From Gemmatimonadales bacterium (lineage in GTDB: Bacteria; Gemmatimonadota; Gemmatimonadetes; Gemmatimonadales; Gemmatimonadaceae): a stretch of 50,985 nucleotides of DNA. A model generated the notes under the pieces. The model searched no databases, had not been told where the DNA came from, and saw only the letters and a list, made by a program, of their open reading frames with translations. Position numbers and translations under genes: made by a program. Location: NCBI GenBank assembly GCA_038324385.1, contig JBBQHX010000001.1, positions 1-50,985 of the forward strand, given 5' to 3'. Shown one piece after another: positions 28,029 to 37,775 of this stretch (position 1 is the stretch's first letter; every line of letters begins with the position of its first letter).

Positions 28029-29273
28029 GTGAACCGGCGTATCGTCCCCGACATCCCGCTCGTCACGATCGCCCTGCTGCTGTCCGCGTACGGCGTCGCG
28101 ATGGTGTTTTCGGCGGGCAGCACCGACGCGCCCACCGCCGCGCGGGGGCTCTGGCAGCAGCAGGCGATCTATCTCGGCGTGGCTGTGACCGCGGCCTTCA
28201 TCGTGAGCCGCTTCTCGGTTCGCATGCTCGAGTGGATGACGCTGCCCGCGTACCTCGGCATTCTCGCGCTCCTGGCGATCACGCTCGTGTTCGGCGGCGG
28301 GCGCGGCACCGCGGCCAGCAACAATAGCTGGATCGGCCTCGGGCCGATTCGTATTCAGCCGGCCGAGTTCGCCAAGATCGTCGTGGTGCTGATGCTGGCG
28401 AAAGTACTGTCGGCGCGGCGCGAGCCTCCGAAATCGCTGGTCGATCTCTGGCTGCCCGGGTTGATCGTCTTCGTGCCCTGGGTACTGATCATGGCGCAGC
28501 CTGATCTCGGCACGGGCATCGTGTTCGTCGGGATCTGCTTCGCAATGCTGTTCTGGGCCGGCGTGCCGTGGCAGTTGCTCGTGTTGCTGGCGAGCCCCGT
28601 CGTCAGCCTGCTGCTGACGTTCAGCACGCTCATGTGGGGACTCTGGTTCCTCGTGCTGCTGATCTTCGTCCTCTGGTACAGACCCTACCTGCTCGAGGGG
28701 GTCGCGCTCGTCATGGCCAACGTGGCCATGGGTGTGGTCGCGCCGGTGCTGTGGGACAAACTGGCGCCGTACCAACAAAACCGACTGCTCGTCTTCCTCG
28801 ATCCGGCGCGCGATCCGCAGGCGTCGGGATACCACGTCACTCAGTCGAAGATCGCGATCGGCTCCGGCGGGTGGCTCGGCGCGGGCTTCACCGAAGGGTC
28901 GCAGAAGCGGCTGGCCTTTCTTCCCGAGCAGCACACCGACTTCATCTTCGCCGTCGTCGGCGAGGAGATGGGCTTCATTGGCGTCGCCATCGCACTCATC
29001 ATGTTCGGTTTGCTGTTCCTTCGCATTGTGCGGGTCGCGGCACGCGCCAACGAGCCGTTCAGCAGCCTGGTTGCCTTCGGGCTGCTCGCATCCTGGTTCG
29101 TGCACGTGCTGGTGAACATCGGCATGACGCTCAACCTCATGCCGATTACGGGCATTCCGTTGCCGTTTTTCAGCTATGGGGGCTCGTTCCTGCTGGCCAG
29201 TTGGCTGGCCGTCGGCATCCTGCTGCGGGTCAGCAGTGAAGGACGCGGGCGGGCCGGCGCGCTCGCGGTCTGA
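28029..29273 (+). CDS. rodA: Rod shape-determining protein RodA (SEDS family glycosyltransferase)
   Basis: Polytopic membrane protein. PAEFAKI, QPDLGT, LPEQHTDFIF and MPITGIPLPFFSYGGS are signatures of FtsW/RodA. It follows mrdA. Confidence 0.92.
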   Translation: MNRRIVPDIPLVTIALLLSAYGVAMVFSAGSTDAPTAARGLWQQQAIYLGVAVTAAFIVSRFSVRMLEWMTLPAYLGILALLAITLVFGGGRGTAASNNSWIGLGPIRIQPAEFAKIVVVLMLAKVLSARREPPKSLVDLWLPGLIVFVPWVLIMAQPDLGTGIVFVGICFAMLFWAGVPWQLLVLLASPVVSLLLTFSTLMWGLWFLVLLIFVLWYRPYLLEGVALVMANVAMGVVAPVLWDKLAPYQQNRLLVFLDPARDPQASGYHVTQSKIAIGSGGWLGAGFTEGSQKRLAFLPEQHTDFIFAVVGEEMGFIGVAIALIMFGLLFLRIVRVAARANEPFSSLVAFGLLASWFVHVLVNIGMTLNLMPITGIPLPFFSYGGSFLLASWLAVGILLRVSSEGRGRAGALAV

Positions 29274-29342
29274 CGGGCGCCCATCGGCACAATCGGGCGG
29301 AGGCCTTGCCACCGACCCACGGTTCCGGCCACATTTCCCGCC

Positions 29343-30206
29343 ATGGCCTGGTTCCGAAAAGAGAAGAAGCCGCGCGTTCCGCGCCGGGAAAAGCTGGAGA
29401 TCCCGCCCGATGCCTGGGAGAAGTGCGAGGCATGCGGCCACACGGACATCCGTGAGAAGTTCGTTCGCAACCTCAACGTCTGCCCGGTCTGCGACTATCA
29501 CCGTCGCATCCGCGCGATCGAGTACGTCAACGTGCTCATCGACGACGGCACCGCCGAGGAGCATGACGCCGATCTCCGGTCCGTCGATCCGCTCGGATTT
29601 CCGGACTATCCGCAGCGGCTCAAGAAGGCGCTCAACAATGTCGGCGACGGCGAGGCGCTCCTGAGCGTCTCGGGCCAGCTCGCGGGGATGCCGCTGAACG
29701 TCTGCGTCATGGACTTCGCGTTCATGGGCGGATCGATGGGCTCCGTCGTCGGCGAGAAGATCGCGCGGGCGGGGCTCCGCTCGCTCGAGCGCAAGTTCCC
29801 GCTCATCGTGATCTCGGCCAGCGGCGGCGCGCGGATGCAGGAAGGGGTGCTCTCGCTGATGCAGATGGCGAAGACGTCAGCCGTGCTCGCCCAGCTCGCC
29901 GAACGGCGCATTCCGTACATCTCGATTCTCACCAACCCGACGACCGGCGGCGTGAGTGCGAGCTTCGCCATGCTGGGCGACGCCATCCTCGCCGAACCGG
30001 GCGCGGTGATCGGGTTTGCCGGTCCACGGGTGATCAAGCAGACGATCGGCCAGGACCTGCCCGAGGGGTTCCAGACGGCCGAGTTCCTGCTCGACCACGG
30101 GATGCTCGATACCGTCGTGCATCGTCGCGAGCTCAAGGCGACGGTGGGGCGGCTGCTGCGCCACATGTCCGGCCAGCCGGCCGCCGCCGGATGGGCTCCC
30201 GCCTGA
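29343..30206 (+). CDS. accD: Acetyl-CoA carboxylase carboxyltransferase subunit beta
   Basis: N-terminal Zn-ribbon CEACGH...CPVCDYH, then MDFAFMGGSMGSVVGEK and GGARMQEG; 287 aa. Confidence 0.95.
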   Translation: MAWFRKEKKPRVPRREKLEIPPDAWEKCEACGHTDIREKFVRNLNVCPVCDYHRRIRAIEYVNVLIDDGTAEEHDADLRSVDPLGFPDYPQRLKKALNNVGDGEALLSVSGQLAGMPLNVCVMDFAFMGGSMGSVVGEKIARAGLRSLERKFPLIVISASGGARMQEGVLSLMQMAKTSAVLAQLAERRIPYISILTNPTTGGVSASFAMLGDAILAEPGAVIGFAGPRVIKQTIGQDLPEGFQTAEFLLDHGMLDTVVHRRELKATVGRLLRHMSGQPAAAGWAPA

Positions 30207-30230
30207 CGCCGCCTGACGCTGCCTGACGCG
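30201..30230 (+). repeat. 3 x 10-bp tandem repeat GCCTGACGCN at the accD/folC junction (TGA and CTG in all three frames)
   Basis: gcctgacgcc gcctgacgct gcctgacgcg, with TGA at 30204, 30214 and 30224. The first TGA is the accD stop. Confidence 0.9.
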
Positions 30231-31487
30231 TACCACGCCGCGATCGACGCCCTGTTCGCGCGGACCGGCGGCGGAATCAAGCCCGGGCTCGACCGGACGG
30301 TCGCCCTCCTCGCTCGCATCGGCACGGATCCTCGGGCGATTCCCGCCTTTCACGTCGCGGGCACCAACGGAAAGGGGAGCGTGGTCGCGATGCTGACGGC
30401 GGCGCTGCGCTCGCGTGGGCTGCGCGTCGGCAGCTACACCTCGCCCCACCTCGTGGACTTCCGCGAGCGGATCGTCGTGAACGGTGTCGCGATCAGCGAG
30501 GCGGAAGTCGTCGCGTTTCTCGAGACGCACGACGAGACGATCCGCTCGGTGGATGCGACCTTCTTCGAAGCCACGACGGCGATGGCATTCGCCCACTTTG
30601 CCGTCGCGAGCATCGACGTTGCCGTGGTCGAGACGGGGCTCGGCGGTCGGTTGGACTCCACCAACGTGCTGCTGCCCATCGTCGCCGGGGTCACCTCGAT
30701 CGGGGTCGATCATACGGAGTATCTCGGGAGTTCGGTCGAGGAGATCGCGCGCGAGAAAGCCGGGATCTTCAAGCCTGGCCGACCGGCGGTGATCGGCGAG
30801 CGCTCGGAGCCAGCGCGGTCGGTACTGCGCGCCGCGGCGGAAGCTCAGGGTGCCGATCCGGTGGTGATGGTCGATGAGCGGTTCCCCGTCAGCGAGGTCG
30901 CGATCGACGGCGCCGGCACGGCGATGCGGCTCGGTGGCGTCCCAGTGCGCACACCGCTCATCGGCGCCTATCAGGCGTCGAACGCGGCTGTCGCCCTGGC
31001 GATGCTCGACGTGGCGGGCGACCAGTATCGGTTGGAACCGCCCGCTGCGTCCGCGGCCTTCGCCAGCGTTCGGCTCCCCGGTCGCTTTCAGCGGACGGGC
31101 GACTGGATCTTCGATGTCGCGCACAACCCGGCCGGGGCAGCGGCGCTGGCGACGACGATGGCGGCCGCCGCGCCGCCGGGACCGGTGGTGGCCGTAGTTG
31201 CCGTGTTGCGCGACAAGGACTGGCGAGGGATTCTTGGGGCGCTCGCGCCGCAGGTCGATCTGTTCGTGCTGACCACCGCGCCAACTGCGCCGGCGGATCG
31301 CATGTGGGACGCGGCCGAGGCGCTGGCGTATGCACGAGAGGCGGGGTGGCCGGCCGTGCTGGCGGCCGATTTCGATGCGGCACTCGAGACGGCGGCGTCC
31401 GCCGGACGGACGGTGCTCGTCACCGGGTCCTTCCACACGGTCGGCGATGCGATGGCGCGCTTGCAGGCGGCTCCGCTCGACGGGTAA
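30219..31487 (+). CDS. folC: Folylpolyglutamate synthase / dihydrofolate synthase; start codon unresolved (no ATG/GTG/TTG upstream of the P-loop; CTG at 30213 or 30219 proposed)
   Basis: The frame is open from 30207 and encodes ...DAYHAAIDALFARTGGGIKPGLDRTVALLARIGTDPRAIPAFHVAGTNGKGS before the ORF-track start (GTG 30381). The rest is a Mur-ligase fold (VETGLGGRLDSTNV). Confidence 0.85.
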   Translation: MPDAYHAAIDALFARTGGGIKPGLDRTVALLARIGTDPRAIPAFHVAGTNGKGSVVAMLTAALRSRGLRVGSYTSPHLVDFRERIVVNGVAISEAEVVAFLETHDETIRSVDATFFEATTAMAFAHFAVASIDVAVVETGLGGRLDSTNVLLPIVAGVTSIGVDHTEYLGSSVEEIAREKAGIFKPGRPAVIGERSEPARSVLRAAAEAQGADPVVMVDERFPVSEVAIDGAGTAMRLGGVPVRTPLIGAYQASNAAVALAMLDVAGDQYRLEPPAASAAFASVRLPGRFQRTGDWIFDVAHNPAGAAALATTMAAAAPPGPVVAVVAVLRDKDWRGILGALAPQVDLFVLTTAPTAPADRMWDAAEALAYAREAGWPAVLAADFDAALETAASAGRTVLVTGSFHTVGDAMARLQAAPLDG

Positions 31488-31496
31488 ATTGGCGGA

Positions 31497-32825
31497 ATGC
31501 AACAATCTGCGCTTCCCGGATTCCGGGACTTCTACCCCGGTGAGTTCGCGGAACGGCGCTTCATCATGGATGCCTGGCGGCGCGTCGCGCGCCGCTTCGC
31601 ATTCATGGAGTATGACGGCCCGCCGCTCGAGCCGCTGGATCTCTACACGCGCAAGAGCGGCGAGGAGATCGTCGGCCAGCTCTACAACTTCGAGGACAAG
31701 GGCGGCCGCGCCGTGTCGCTGCGCCCGGAGATGACGCCGACCCTGGCGCGCATGGTGGGCGCACGCGCGAACGCGTTGCGAAAGCCGGTGCGCTGGTTCT
31801 CGATGCCGCAGCTGTTTCGGTACGAGCGACAGCAGCGTGGCCGGTTGCGCGAGCACTTCCAACTCAACGTCGACATCGTCGGCGAGCGGGACGTGCTCGC
31901 CGATGCCGAGCTGTTGGCGGTCGCCTGTAGCGTCTGCGCCGAGTTGGGCCTGACCAGCGCCGACGTGCGCGCCCGCGTCTCCGACCGTCGGCTGCTGAAC
32001 GCGCTCCTCGATGCGGCCGGCGTCCAGCCCGAGCACCAGCCGGCGGTCTATCAGGTCGTCGACAAGATCGAGCGTGACCCGCGCGACGTGCTGGCGGGGC
32101 GGCTCCAGGCAGCCGGAGTGCCTGACGAGACGGCGGCGCGGGTGTTCGCGCTGCTCGACGAGCGCGACATGGACGTGCTTCGCGTGCAGCACGCGAGCGA
32201 TGCGGCAGTGACCGAGCAGTTCGACCGACTCGTCGCCTATCGCGAACATGTGACGGCGCTCGGCTTCGGCGACTGGCTGAGCTTCGACCTGTCGATCGTG
32301 CGAGGGTTGGCGTATTACACTGGTATCGTCTTCGAGCTGTTCGATGCCCGGGGTGAATTACGCGCCATCTGTGGCGGCGGACGCTACGACACGCTGCTCG
32401 CCTCGCTCGGCGGCGCCGATCTTCCGGCGCTGGGTTTCGGTATGGGCGACGTGGTGCTCGGCGAGCTCCTACGCGATCGTGGGCTGATGCCCGCGCTGGC
32501 GCCAACGATCGACTTCTGGGTCGCGCCCGCCGAGCACGTCGAGCCGCGCGCGGTTCTCGAAGCCGCGACGTTGCTGCGCGCGCGTGGCTACAGTGTCGAG
32601 TATGTTCTGAATACCGACAAGCTCCGCACACAGAAGACCGGTGCACAGCTCAAGGCGGCCCAGAAAGCGGGTGCGCAGCGCGCGATCGTCCTGCGTCCCG
32701 ACGGGGACGTCGAACTGCGCGAGCTTGCCTCGCCAGGGGGCGAGCCGCGGCTCGGCACCCTCGACGACATCCTCGCTGGACTCGCTCCTTCCTCTCCCGA
32801 CTCCGCCCCGCCCACCGATGAGTGA
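31497..32825 (+). CDS. hisS: Histidine--tRNA ligase
   Basis: GFRDFYPGE..., SLRPEMTPTLARMV, FRYERQQRGRLREHFQLNVDIVG, CGGGRYDTL, plus a C-terminal anticodon-binding domain; 442 aa. Confidence 0.92.
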   Translation: MQQSALPGFRDFYPGEFAERRFIMDAWRRVARRFAFMEYDGPPLEPLDLYTRKSGEEIVGQLYNFEDKGGRAVSLRPEMTPTLARMVGARANALRKPVRWFSMPQLFRYERQQRGRLREHFQLNVDIVGERDVLADAELLAVACSVCAELGLTSADVRARVSDRRLLNALLDAAGVQPEHQPAVYQVVDKIERDPRDVLAGRLQAAGVPDETAARVFALLDERDMDVLRVQHASDAAVTEQFDRLVAYREHVTALGFGDWLSFDLSIVRGLAYYTGIVFELFDARGELRAICGGGRYDTLLASLGGADLPALGFGMGDVVLGELLRDRGLMPALAPTIDFWVAPAEHVEPRAVLEAATLLRARGYSVEYVLNTDKLRTQKTGAQLKAAQKAGAQRAIVLRPDGDVELRELASPGGEPRLGTLDDILAGLAPSSPDSAPPTDE

Positions 32826-34287
32826 CGACAAGAAGCTGACCACGCGCGACGCCGACTTCAGCGCCTGGTACAACGAGGTCGTGCTGCGGTCGGAGCTGGC
32901 GGATTACTCGCCCGTGCGCGGCTGCATGGTGATTCGCCCGCACGGCTATGGCATCTGGGAGCGGATGCAGCGCGCGCTCGACGACATGTTCAAGGCGACG
33001 GGACATCAGAATGCGTACTTCCCGCTGCTGATTCCGCAGAGCTTCATGACGAAGGAGGCTGAGCACGTCGAGGGATTCGCGCCCGAACTGGCGGTGGTCA
33101 CGCACGGCGGCGGGAAGGAACTCGAGGAGCCCCTCGTCATTCGCCCCACCTCCGAGACGATCATCTACTCGATGTTCGCGAAGTGGGTTCAGAGCTATCG
33201 CGACCTGCCGTTGCTGTACAACCAGTGGGCCAATGTGATCCGGTGGGAGATGCGCACGCGCCTCTTCCTGCGCACGATGGAGTTCCTCTGGCAGGAAGGC
33301 CACACCGCGCACGCGACCCACGACGAGGCGAAGGAAGAGGCACGGCGCATGCTCGGCATCTACCGCGACTTCATGGAAGGGTGGATGGCGATGCCGGTCG
33401 TCACGGGCGTCAAGACCGACTCCGAGCGATTCGCGGGCGCGGTCAAGACCTATTCCTGCGAAGCGATGATGCAGGACAATCGCGCGCTGCAGGCGGGTAC
33501 GTCGCACGACCTCGGCCAGAATTTCTCGAAAGCGTTCGACCTCAAGTTCCAGACGGAAGAGGGGGGCACCGCCTTCGCGTGGAACACGAGCTGGGGCGTG
33601 TCGACGCGCCTGATCGGCGGGCTCGTCATGACGCACGGCGACGATGGCGGACTGGTGCTGCCGCCGCTGCTCGCCCCGATCGAGGTCGTCGTGGTACCGA
33701 TCTATCGCAAGGACGACGAGCGGGATCGTGTGGTCGAGGCGGCGCGAAATCTCGTGCAGCGACTGGGCGACTGGGAGCGCCGGTCGCCCGGCCGCCTTCG
33801 CATTCACCTCGATGCGCGGGAAGGAATGAAGCCCGGCGCCAAGTACTACGAGTGGGAGCTCAAGGGTGTCCCGCTGCGTCTCGAGCTCGGGCCGCGTGAT
33901 CTCGACGCGAACCAGGCCGTCCTCGTTCGGCGTGGGTCGAAGCAGAAGGTCGCGGTGTCGCTCGATTCGGTTGGCGAGGACATCGCCGAGGCGCTGGCGG
34001 CCATGCAGCAAGACCTGCTGAGCGCCGCACGCGAGCGTCGTGAGGCAAACAGCTACCGCGGCCAGATCTCCTACGATGCGTTCAAGGAGATCATCAACGA
34101 TAAGGGCGGCTTCGTCTACGCCGGATGGAACGGCGATCCCGCCGTCGAGGCGCAGGTGAAGGAAGAGACGAAGGCGACGATCCGCGTGATCCCCGACGAG
34201 GAGTTCCGGTCGGCCGAACCTGCGACCCGCTGCATGGTCACCGGCGAGCGCGCGAAGCACGAGGTGGTATGGGCCCGGGCGTACTGA
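32818..34287 (+). CDS. proS: Proline--tRNA ligase (archaeal/eukaryote-like short type, C-terminal Tyr)
   Basis: ORF trimmed to the ATG at 32818 (8-nt overlap with hisS). FSAWYNEVVLRSELADYSPVRGCMVIRPHGYGIWE..., RPTSET, WANVIRWEMRTRLFLRTMEFLWQEGHTAH; ends ...VWARAY. Confidence 0.95.
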   Translation: MSDDKKLTTRDADFSAWYNEVVLRSELADYSPVRGCMVIRPHGYGIWERMQRALDDMFKATGHQNAYFPLLIPQSFMTKEAEHVEGFAPELAVVTHGGGKELEEPLVIRPTSETIIYSMFAKWVQSYRDLPLLYNQWANVIRWEMRTRLFLRTMEFLWQEGHTAHATHDEAKEEARRMLGIYRDFMEGWMAMPVVTGVKTDSERFAGAVKTYSCEAMMQDNRALQAGTSHDLGQNFSKAFDLKFQTEEGGTAFAWNTSWGVSTRLIGGLVMTHGDDGGLVLPPLLAPIEVVVVPIYRKDDERDRVVEAARNLVQRLGDWERRSPGRLRIHLDAREGMKPGAKYYEWELKGVPLRLELGPRDLDANQAVLVRRGSKQKVAVSLDSVGEDIAEALAAMQQDLLSAARERREANSYRGQISYDAFKEIINDKGGFVYAGWNGDPAVEAQVKEETKATIRVIPDEEFRSAEPATRCMVTGERAKHEVVWARAY

Positions 34288-35549
34288 ACACCACGGCCGG
34301 CAAGGCAGCGGCCCTGTGGGAGGGTGTGGATGTCCACGCGCTCGCCGCGGCCGTCGGCACGCCCGCCTACGTCTACGACGCCGCGGCGATCCGCGAGCGG
34401 TACCAGCGCCTGACGACCGCACTCGCGGGGATCCCCCACCGGGTGCACTACAGCGTCAAGGCGAACGGAAACCTGACGGTGCTCGGCGTTCTCCGCGAGC
34501 TCGGCGCGGGCGTGGACATCGTCTCGGGCGGCGAGCTCTATCGCGCGCAGCAGGCGGGGTTCACCGGCGACGACGTGGTGTTCAGCGGAGTGGGGAAGTC
34601 GGCCCGGGAGATGGGTGAGGCGCTGGATGCGGGAGTGCTCGCCTTCAACGTGGAGTCGGAGGGTGAGCTGCGGCTGCTGGCTCGGCTCGCCGCCGACCGG
34701 GGAACGGTCGCGCCGGTGGCGTTCCGCGTGAATCCGGAGGTCGAGGTCGACGCGGCGCACCATTACATCGGCACCGGGCGGCGCGGCGACAAGTTCGGCA
34801 TCCCATTCGACGAGATTGCGCACGTCGCGGCCGTCGCCGCGGAGTTGCCGACGGTTCGCGTGATCGGTCTCGCCATGCACATCGGCTCTCAGCTCGCCGC
34901 GTTTTCCGCGTTCGCCGAAGCGGTGACGAAGGTGTGCGGGCTGGTGGGGGTGGTGCGGAGCGCCGGCCACGACGGCCTTCGCTTTCTCGACATCGGCGGT
35001 GGCCTGGCCGTGCGTTACGCCGACGGCGACCCGACTCCGGATCTCGCGACGTTCGGCCGGATCGCCCGTGAGGCCGTCGAGAGCACCGGGCTGACGTTGC
35101 TCGTCGAGCCGGGACGCTTTCTGGTCGCGGAGTCGGGCGTGCTCCTGACGCGTGTGCTGTATCGCAAGCACTCGGGAGGGAAGGAGTACGTGATCGTCGA
35201 CGCCGGCATGACCGAGCTGCTCCGCCCATCGCATTACGCGGCATACCACGAGATCACCAGCGTCGCCGCGACGGACGGCTCCATCACCGCCGACATCGTC
35301 GGACCGGTGTGCGAGAGCGGAGATTTCCTGGCGATCGACCGAACGGTCGACGCCGTCCAGCCCGGCGACCTGGTCGCGGTGCATAACGCGGGCGCCTACG
35401 GCTTCGTCATGTCGTCGAACTACAACGCCCGGCCGCGCGTGGCCGAGGTGATGGTGGATGGTGATCGGTGGGCCGTCGTTCGCGAGCGCGAGCGATACGA
35501 AGACCTCGTTCGTGGCGAGTCCGCGACGCTTTCCTGGAGGACGTCGTGA
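34269..35549 (+). CDS. lysA: Diaminopimelate decarboxylase
   Basis: ORF trimmed to the ATG at 34269 (19-nt overlap with proS). GTPAYVYDAAAIRERY..., YSVKANGNL (PLP Lys), HIGSQ, EPGR, CESGD. Confidence 0.93.
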   Translation: MGPGVLNTTAGKAAALWEGVDVHALAAAVGTPAYVYDAAAIRERYQRLTTALAGIPHRVHYSVKANGNLTVLGVLRELGAGVDIVSGGELYRAQQAGFTGDDVVFSGVGKSAREMGEALDAGVLAFNVESEGELRLLARLAADRGTVAPVAFRVNPEVEVDAAHHYIGTGRRGDKFGIPFDEIAHVAAVAAELPTVRVIGLAMHIGSQLAAFSAFAEAVTKVCGLVGVVRSAGHDGLRFLDIGGGLAVRYADGDPTPDLATFGRIAREAVESTGLTLLVEPGRFLVAESGVLLTRVLYRKHSGGKEYVIVDAGMTELLRPSHYAAYHEITSVAATDGSITADIVGPVCESGDFLAIDRTVDAVQPGDLVAVHNAGAYGFVMSSNYNARPRVAEVMVDGDRWAVVRERERYEDLVRGESATLSWRTS

Positions 35550-36058
35550 TGCGCGTGGGAATCCTGGCCGACACCCATGACCGGATCCCCGTGATCGCCG
35601 AACTCGTGCGGCAGATGCAGGAGCGCGGGGTGCAGCTGCTCCTCCATGCCGGCGACTGGTGCGCCCCCTTTGCCCTCAACCCGATCCTCGACGCCCAGAT
35701 GGCGCTCGTCGGGGTGTTTGGCCGGAACGACGGCGATCGGGACGGGCTCGCCGTCGCCGCCGCACGCGGCATCGGTGTCGAGATCTACGACGCGCCGCAC
35801 TCGGTCGAGGTGGCGGGAACGCGCATCCTGCTCGCCCACGACCTGGCCGAGGTGTCGCAGCGATCGATCGAGTCGCACGCGGTGGTGGTGCACGGCTCGA
35901 CGCACCTGCAGGAGATGAAAACCCGTGGCGATACGCTAATCGTGAACCCTGGCGAGGCCTGTGGATGGGTACACGGCGCGCCGACCGCCGCCGTGCTGGA
36001 CCTCGCCTCGCGTCAGGTCGAGTTTCTGACCCTCCGCGGTACCGAGTGGGAACGCTGA
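35549..36058 (+). CDS. YfcE/MJ0936-family metallophosphoesterase
   Basis: The ATG overlaps the lysA stop (GTGATG). MRVGILADTHD, HAGD, GRNDGD, HGSTH motifs; 169 aa. Confidence 0.85.
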   Translation: MRVGILADTHDRIPVIAELVRQMQERGVQLLLHAGDWCAPFALNPILDAQMALVGVFGRNDGDRDGLAVAAARGIGVEIYDAPHSVEVAGTRILLAHDLAEVSQRSIESHAVVVHGSTHLQEMKTRGDTLIVNPGEACGWVHGAPTAAVLDLASRQVEFLTLRGTEWER

Positions 36059-36144
36059 TCGATTCGGGTGCGACGCGCGCGGCTGATGTGTGACATTCGT
36101 GACCGCCGACAGCGGCACCGCCCTTCCGAACTTCTCTGTCTGTC

Positions 36145-37689
36145 ATGGCCAACCGCATCCTGATCATCGATTACGGCTCGCAGTACACGCAGTTGATCGC
36201 GCGTCGGGTTCGTGAGGCGCGCGTGTATTGCGAGATCCACCCACCGACGCGGACGTTGGATTGGGTTCGGGAGTGGGAACCGGCCGGGATCATTCTCAGT
36301 GGCGGGCCCAACTCGGTCTATGGCGACGATGTGCCGCTCGCCGATCCCGCCTTGCTCGAACTCGCACCGATCTTCGGGATCTGCTACGGGATGCAGCTGA
36401 TCGCGCATCTCGAAGGGGGCGCCGTGGCGCGGGCGGGCCGCCGCGAGTACGGCCGCGCGGAGCTGATCGTGGAATCGGGCGAAGGGTTGTTCGCGGGCTT
36501 CGGCTCGGGTGAGCGGACTCCCGTCTGGATGAGCCACGGTGACCATGTGGACACCCCGCCGCGCGGCTATCGCGTCGCGGCGAGCAGCGCCAATACTCCG
36601 GTGGCTGCGATTCGCCACGAAACGCGCCCGATTTACGGCGTCCAGTTCCATCCCGAGGTGGCTCATACGCCGCGCGGCGGGGAGCTGATCGCCAACTTCC
36701 TCTTCACCGTCTGCGGTGCGGAGCCCACCTGGACGCCGGGTGCGTTCGTCGAGGACCACGTCGCGCAGATCCGCGAGCGGGTGGGCACGGACCGGGTGAT
36801 TTGCGGTCTATCGGGCGGGGTGGATTCGGCGGTCGCCGCGGCGCTCGTGCATCGGGCGATCGGCGATCAGCTGACCTGCATCTTCGTCGATACGGGATTG
36901 CTGCGGCTACACGAGCGCGACCAGGTCGAGCGCACCTTCCGTCAGCACCTCGGCATCAAGCTCGAAGTCGTCGACGCGGCCGATCGCTTCATCGACGCGC
37001 TGGCCGGAGTGGAGGAACCCGAGAAGAAGCGTACGATCATCGGGCATACCTTCATCGACGTGTTCGAGGAGGCAGCCGAACGGGCAGGGGAGGATGCGAA
37101 GTTTCTCGTCCAGGGCACGCTCTATCCCGACGTCATCGAGAGCGTGTCGCCGACGGGCGGCCCGTCGGTCACGATCAAGACGCATCACAACGTGGGCGGC
37201 CTCAAGCCCGACATGAAGTTCGCGCTCATCGAGCCGCTGCGAGAGCTGTTCAAGGACGAGGTGCGCAACGTCGGCCGTGAACTCGGGCTTCCCGAGGAGA
37301 TGGTCGGTCGCCACCCGTTTCCCGGACCGGGACTGGCGATTCGCATCCTCAGCGACGTCTCACGCGACAAGCTCGCGGTGCTGCAGCAGGCGGACGCCAT
37401 CTACCTCGAGGAGATCCGCAACGCCGCGCTCTACGACGACATCTGGCAGGCGTTCGCGGTGCTGCTCCCGGTGCGTTCGGTCGGCGTCATGGGCGATGTC
37501 CGCACCTACGACAACGTCGTCGGATTGCGCGCGGTGACGAGCACCGACGGCATGACGGCGGACTGGTATCCATTCCCGTACCACGTGCTCGCGCACATCT
37601 CCAACCGCATCATCAACGAGGTGGACGGAGTGAACCGCGTCGTGTATGACGTGTCGTCCAAGCCACCAGCGACGATCGAGTGGGAGTGA
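36145..37689 (+). CDS. guaA: GMP synthase (glutamine-hydrolysing)
   Basis: GATase domain ([34 protein letters not shown]), ATP-PPase SGGVDS motif, C-terminal ...[14 protein letters not shown]. Confidence 0.97.
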   Translation: MANRILIIDYGSQYTQLIARRVREARVYCEIHPPTRTLDWVREWEPAGIILSGGPNSVYGDDVPLADPALLELAPIFGICYGMQLIAHLEGGAVARAGRREYGRAELIVESGEGLFAGFGSGERTPVWMSHGDHVDTPPRGYRVAASSANTPVAAIRHETRPIYGVQFHPEVAHTPRGGELIANFLFTVCGAEPTWTPGAFVEDHVAQIRERVGTDRVICGLSGGVDSAVAAALVHRAIGDQLTCIFVDTGLLRLHERDQVERTFRQHLGIKLEVVDAADRFIDALAGVEEPEKKRTIIGHTFIDVFEEAAERAGEDAKFLVQGTLYPDVIESVSPTGGPSVTIKTHHNVGGLKPDMKFALIEPLRELFKDEVRNVGRELGLPEEMVGRHPFPGPGLAIRILSDVSRDKLAVLQQADAIYLEEIRNAALYDDIWQAFAVLLPVRSVGVMGDVRTYDNVVGLRAVTSTDGMTADWYPFPYHVLAHISNRIINEVDGVNRVVYDVSSKPPATIEWE

Positions 37690-37698
37690 GGTGAACGC

Positions 37699-37727
37699 GC
37701 GCTCCCGGATGCACGGTCCGGGAGCGC
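37699..37727. terminator. 11-bp stem hairpin between convergent guaA and the lipoprotein gene
   Basis: gcgctcccgga / tgcacgg / tccgggagcgc. Confidence 0.5.
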
Positions 37728-37775
37728 CGCGCGATCATGAGGCACTGCCGCACGAGCGCCTGCGCCGGCGCGCGA

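Noticed and set aside
30381-30383. GTG 30381 as the folC start (the ORF-track start).
   Set aside because: It would remove the conserved N-terminal helix region and the HVAGTNGKGS P-loop, which is encoded in the same open frame just upstream of the GTG and ends at 30380.
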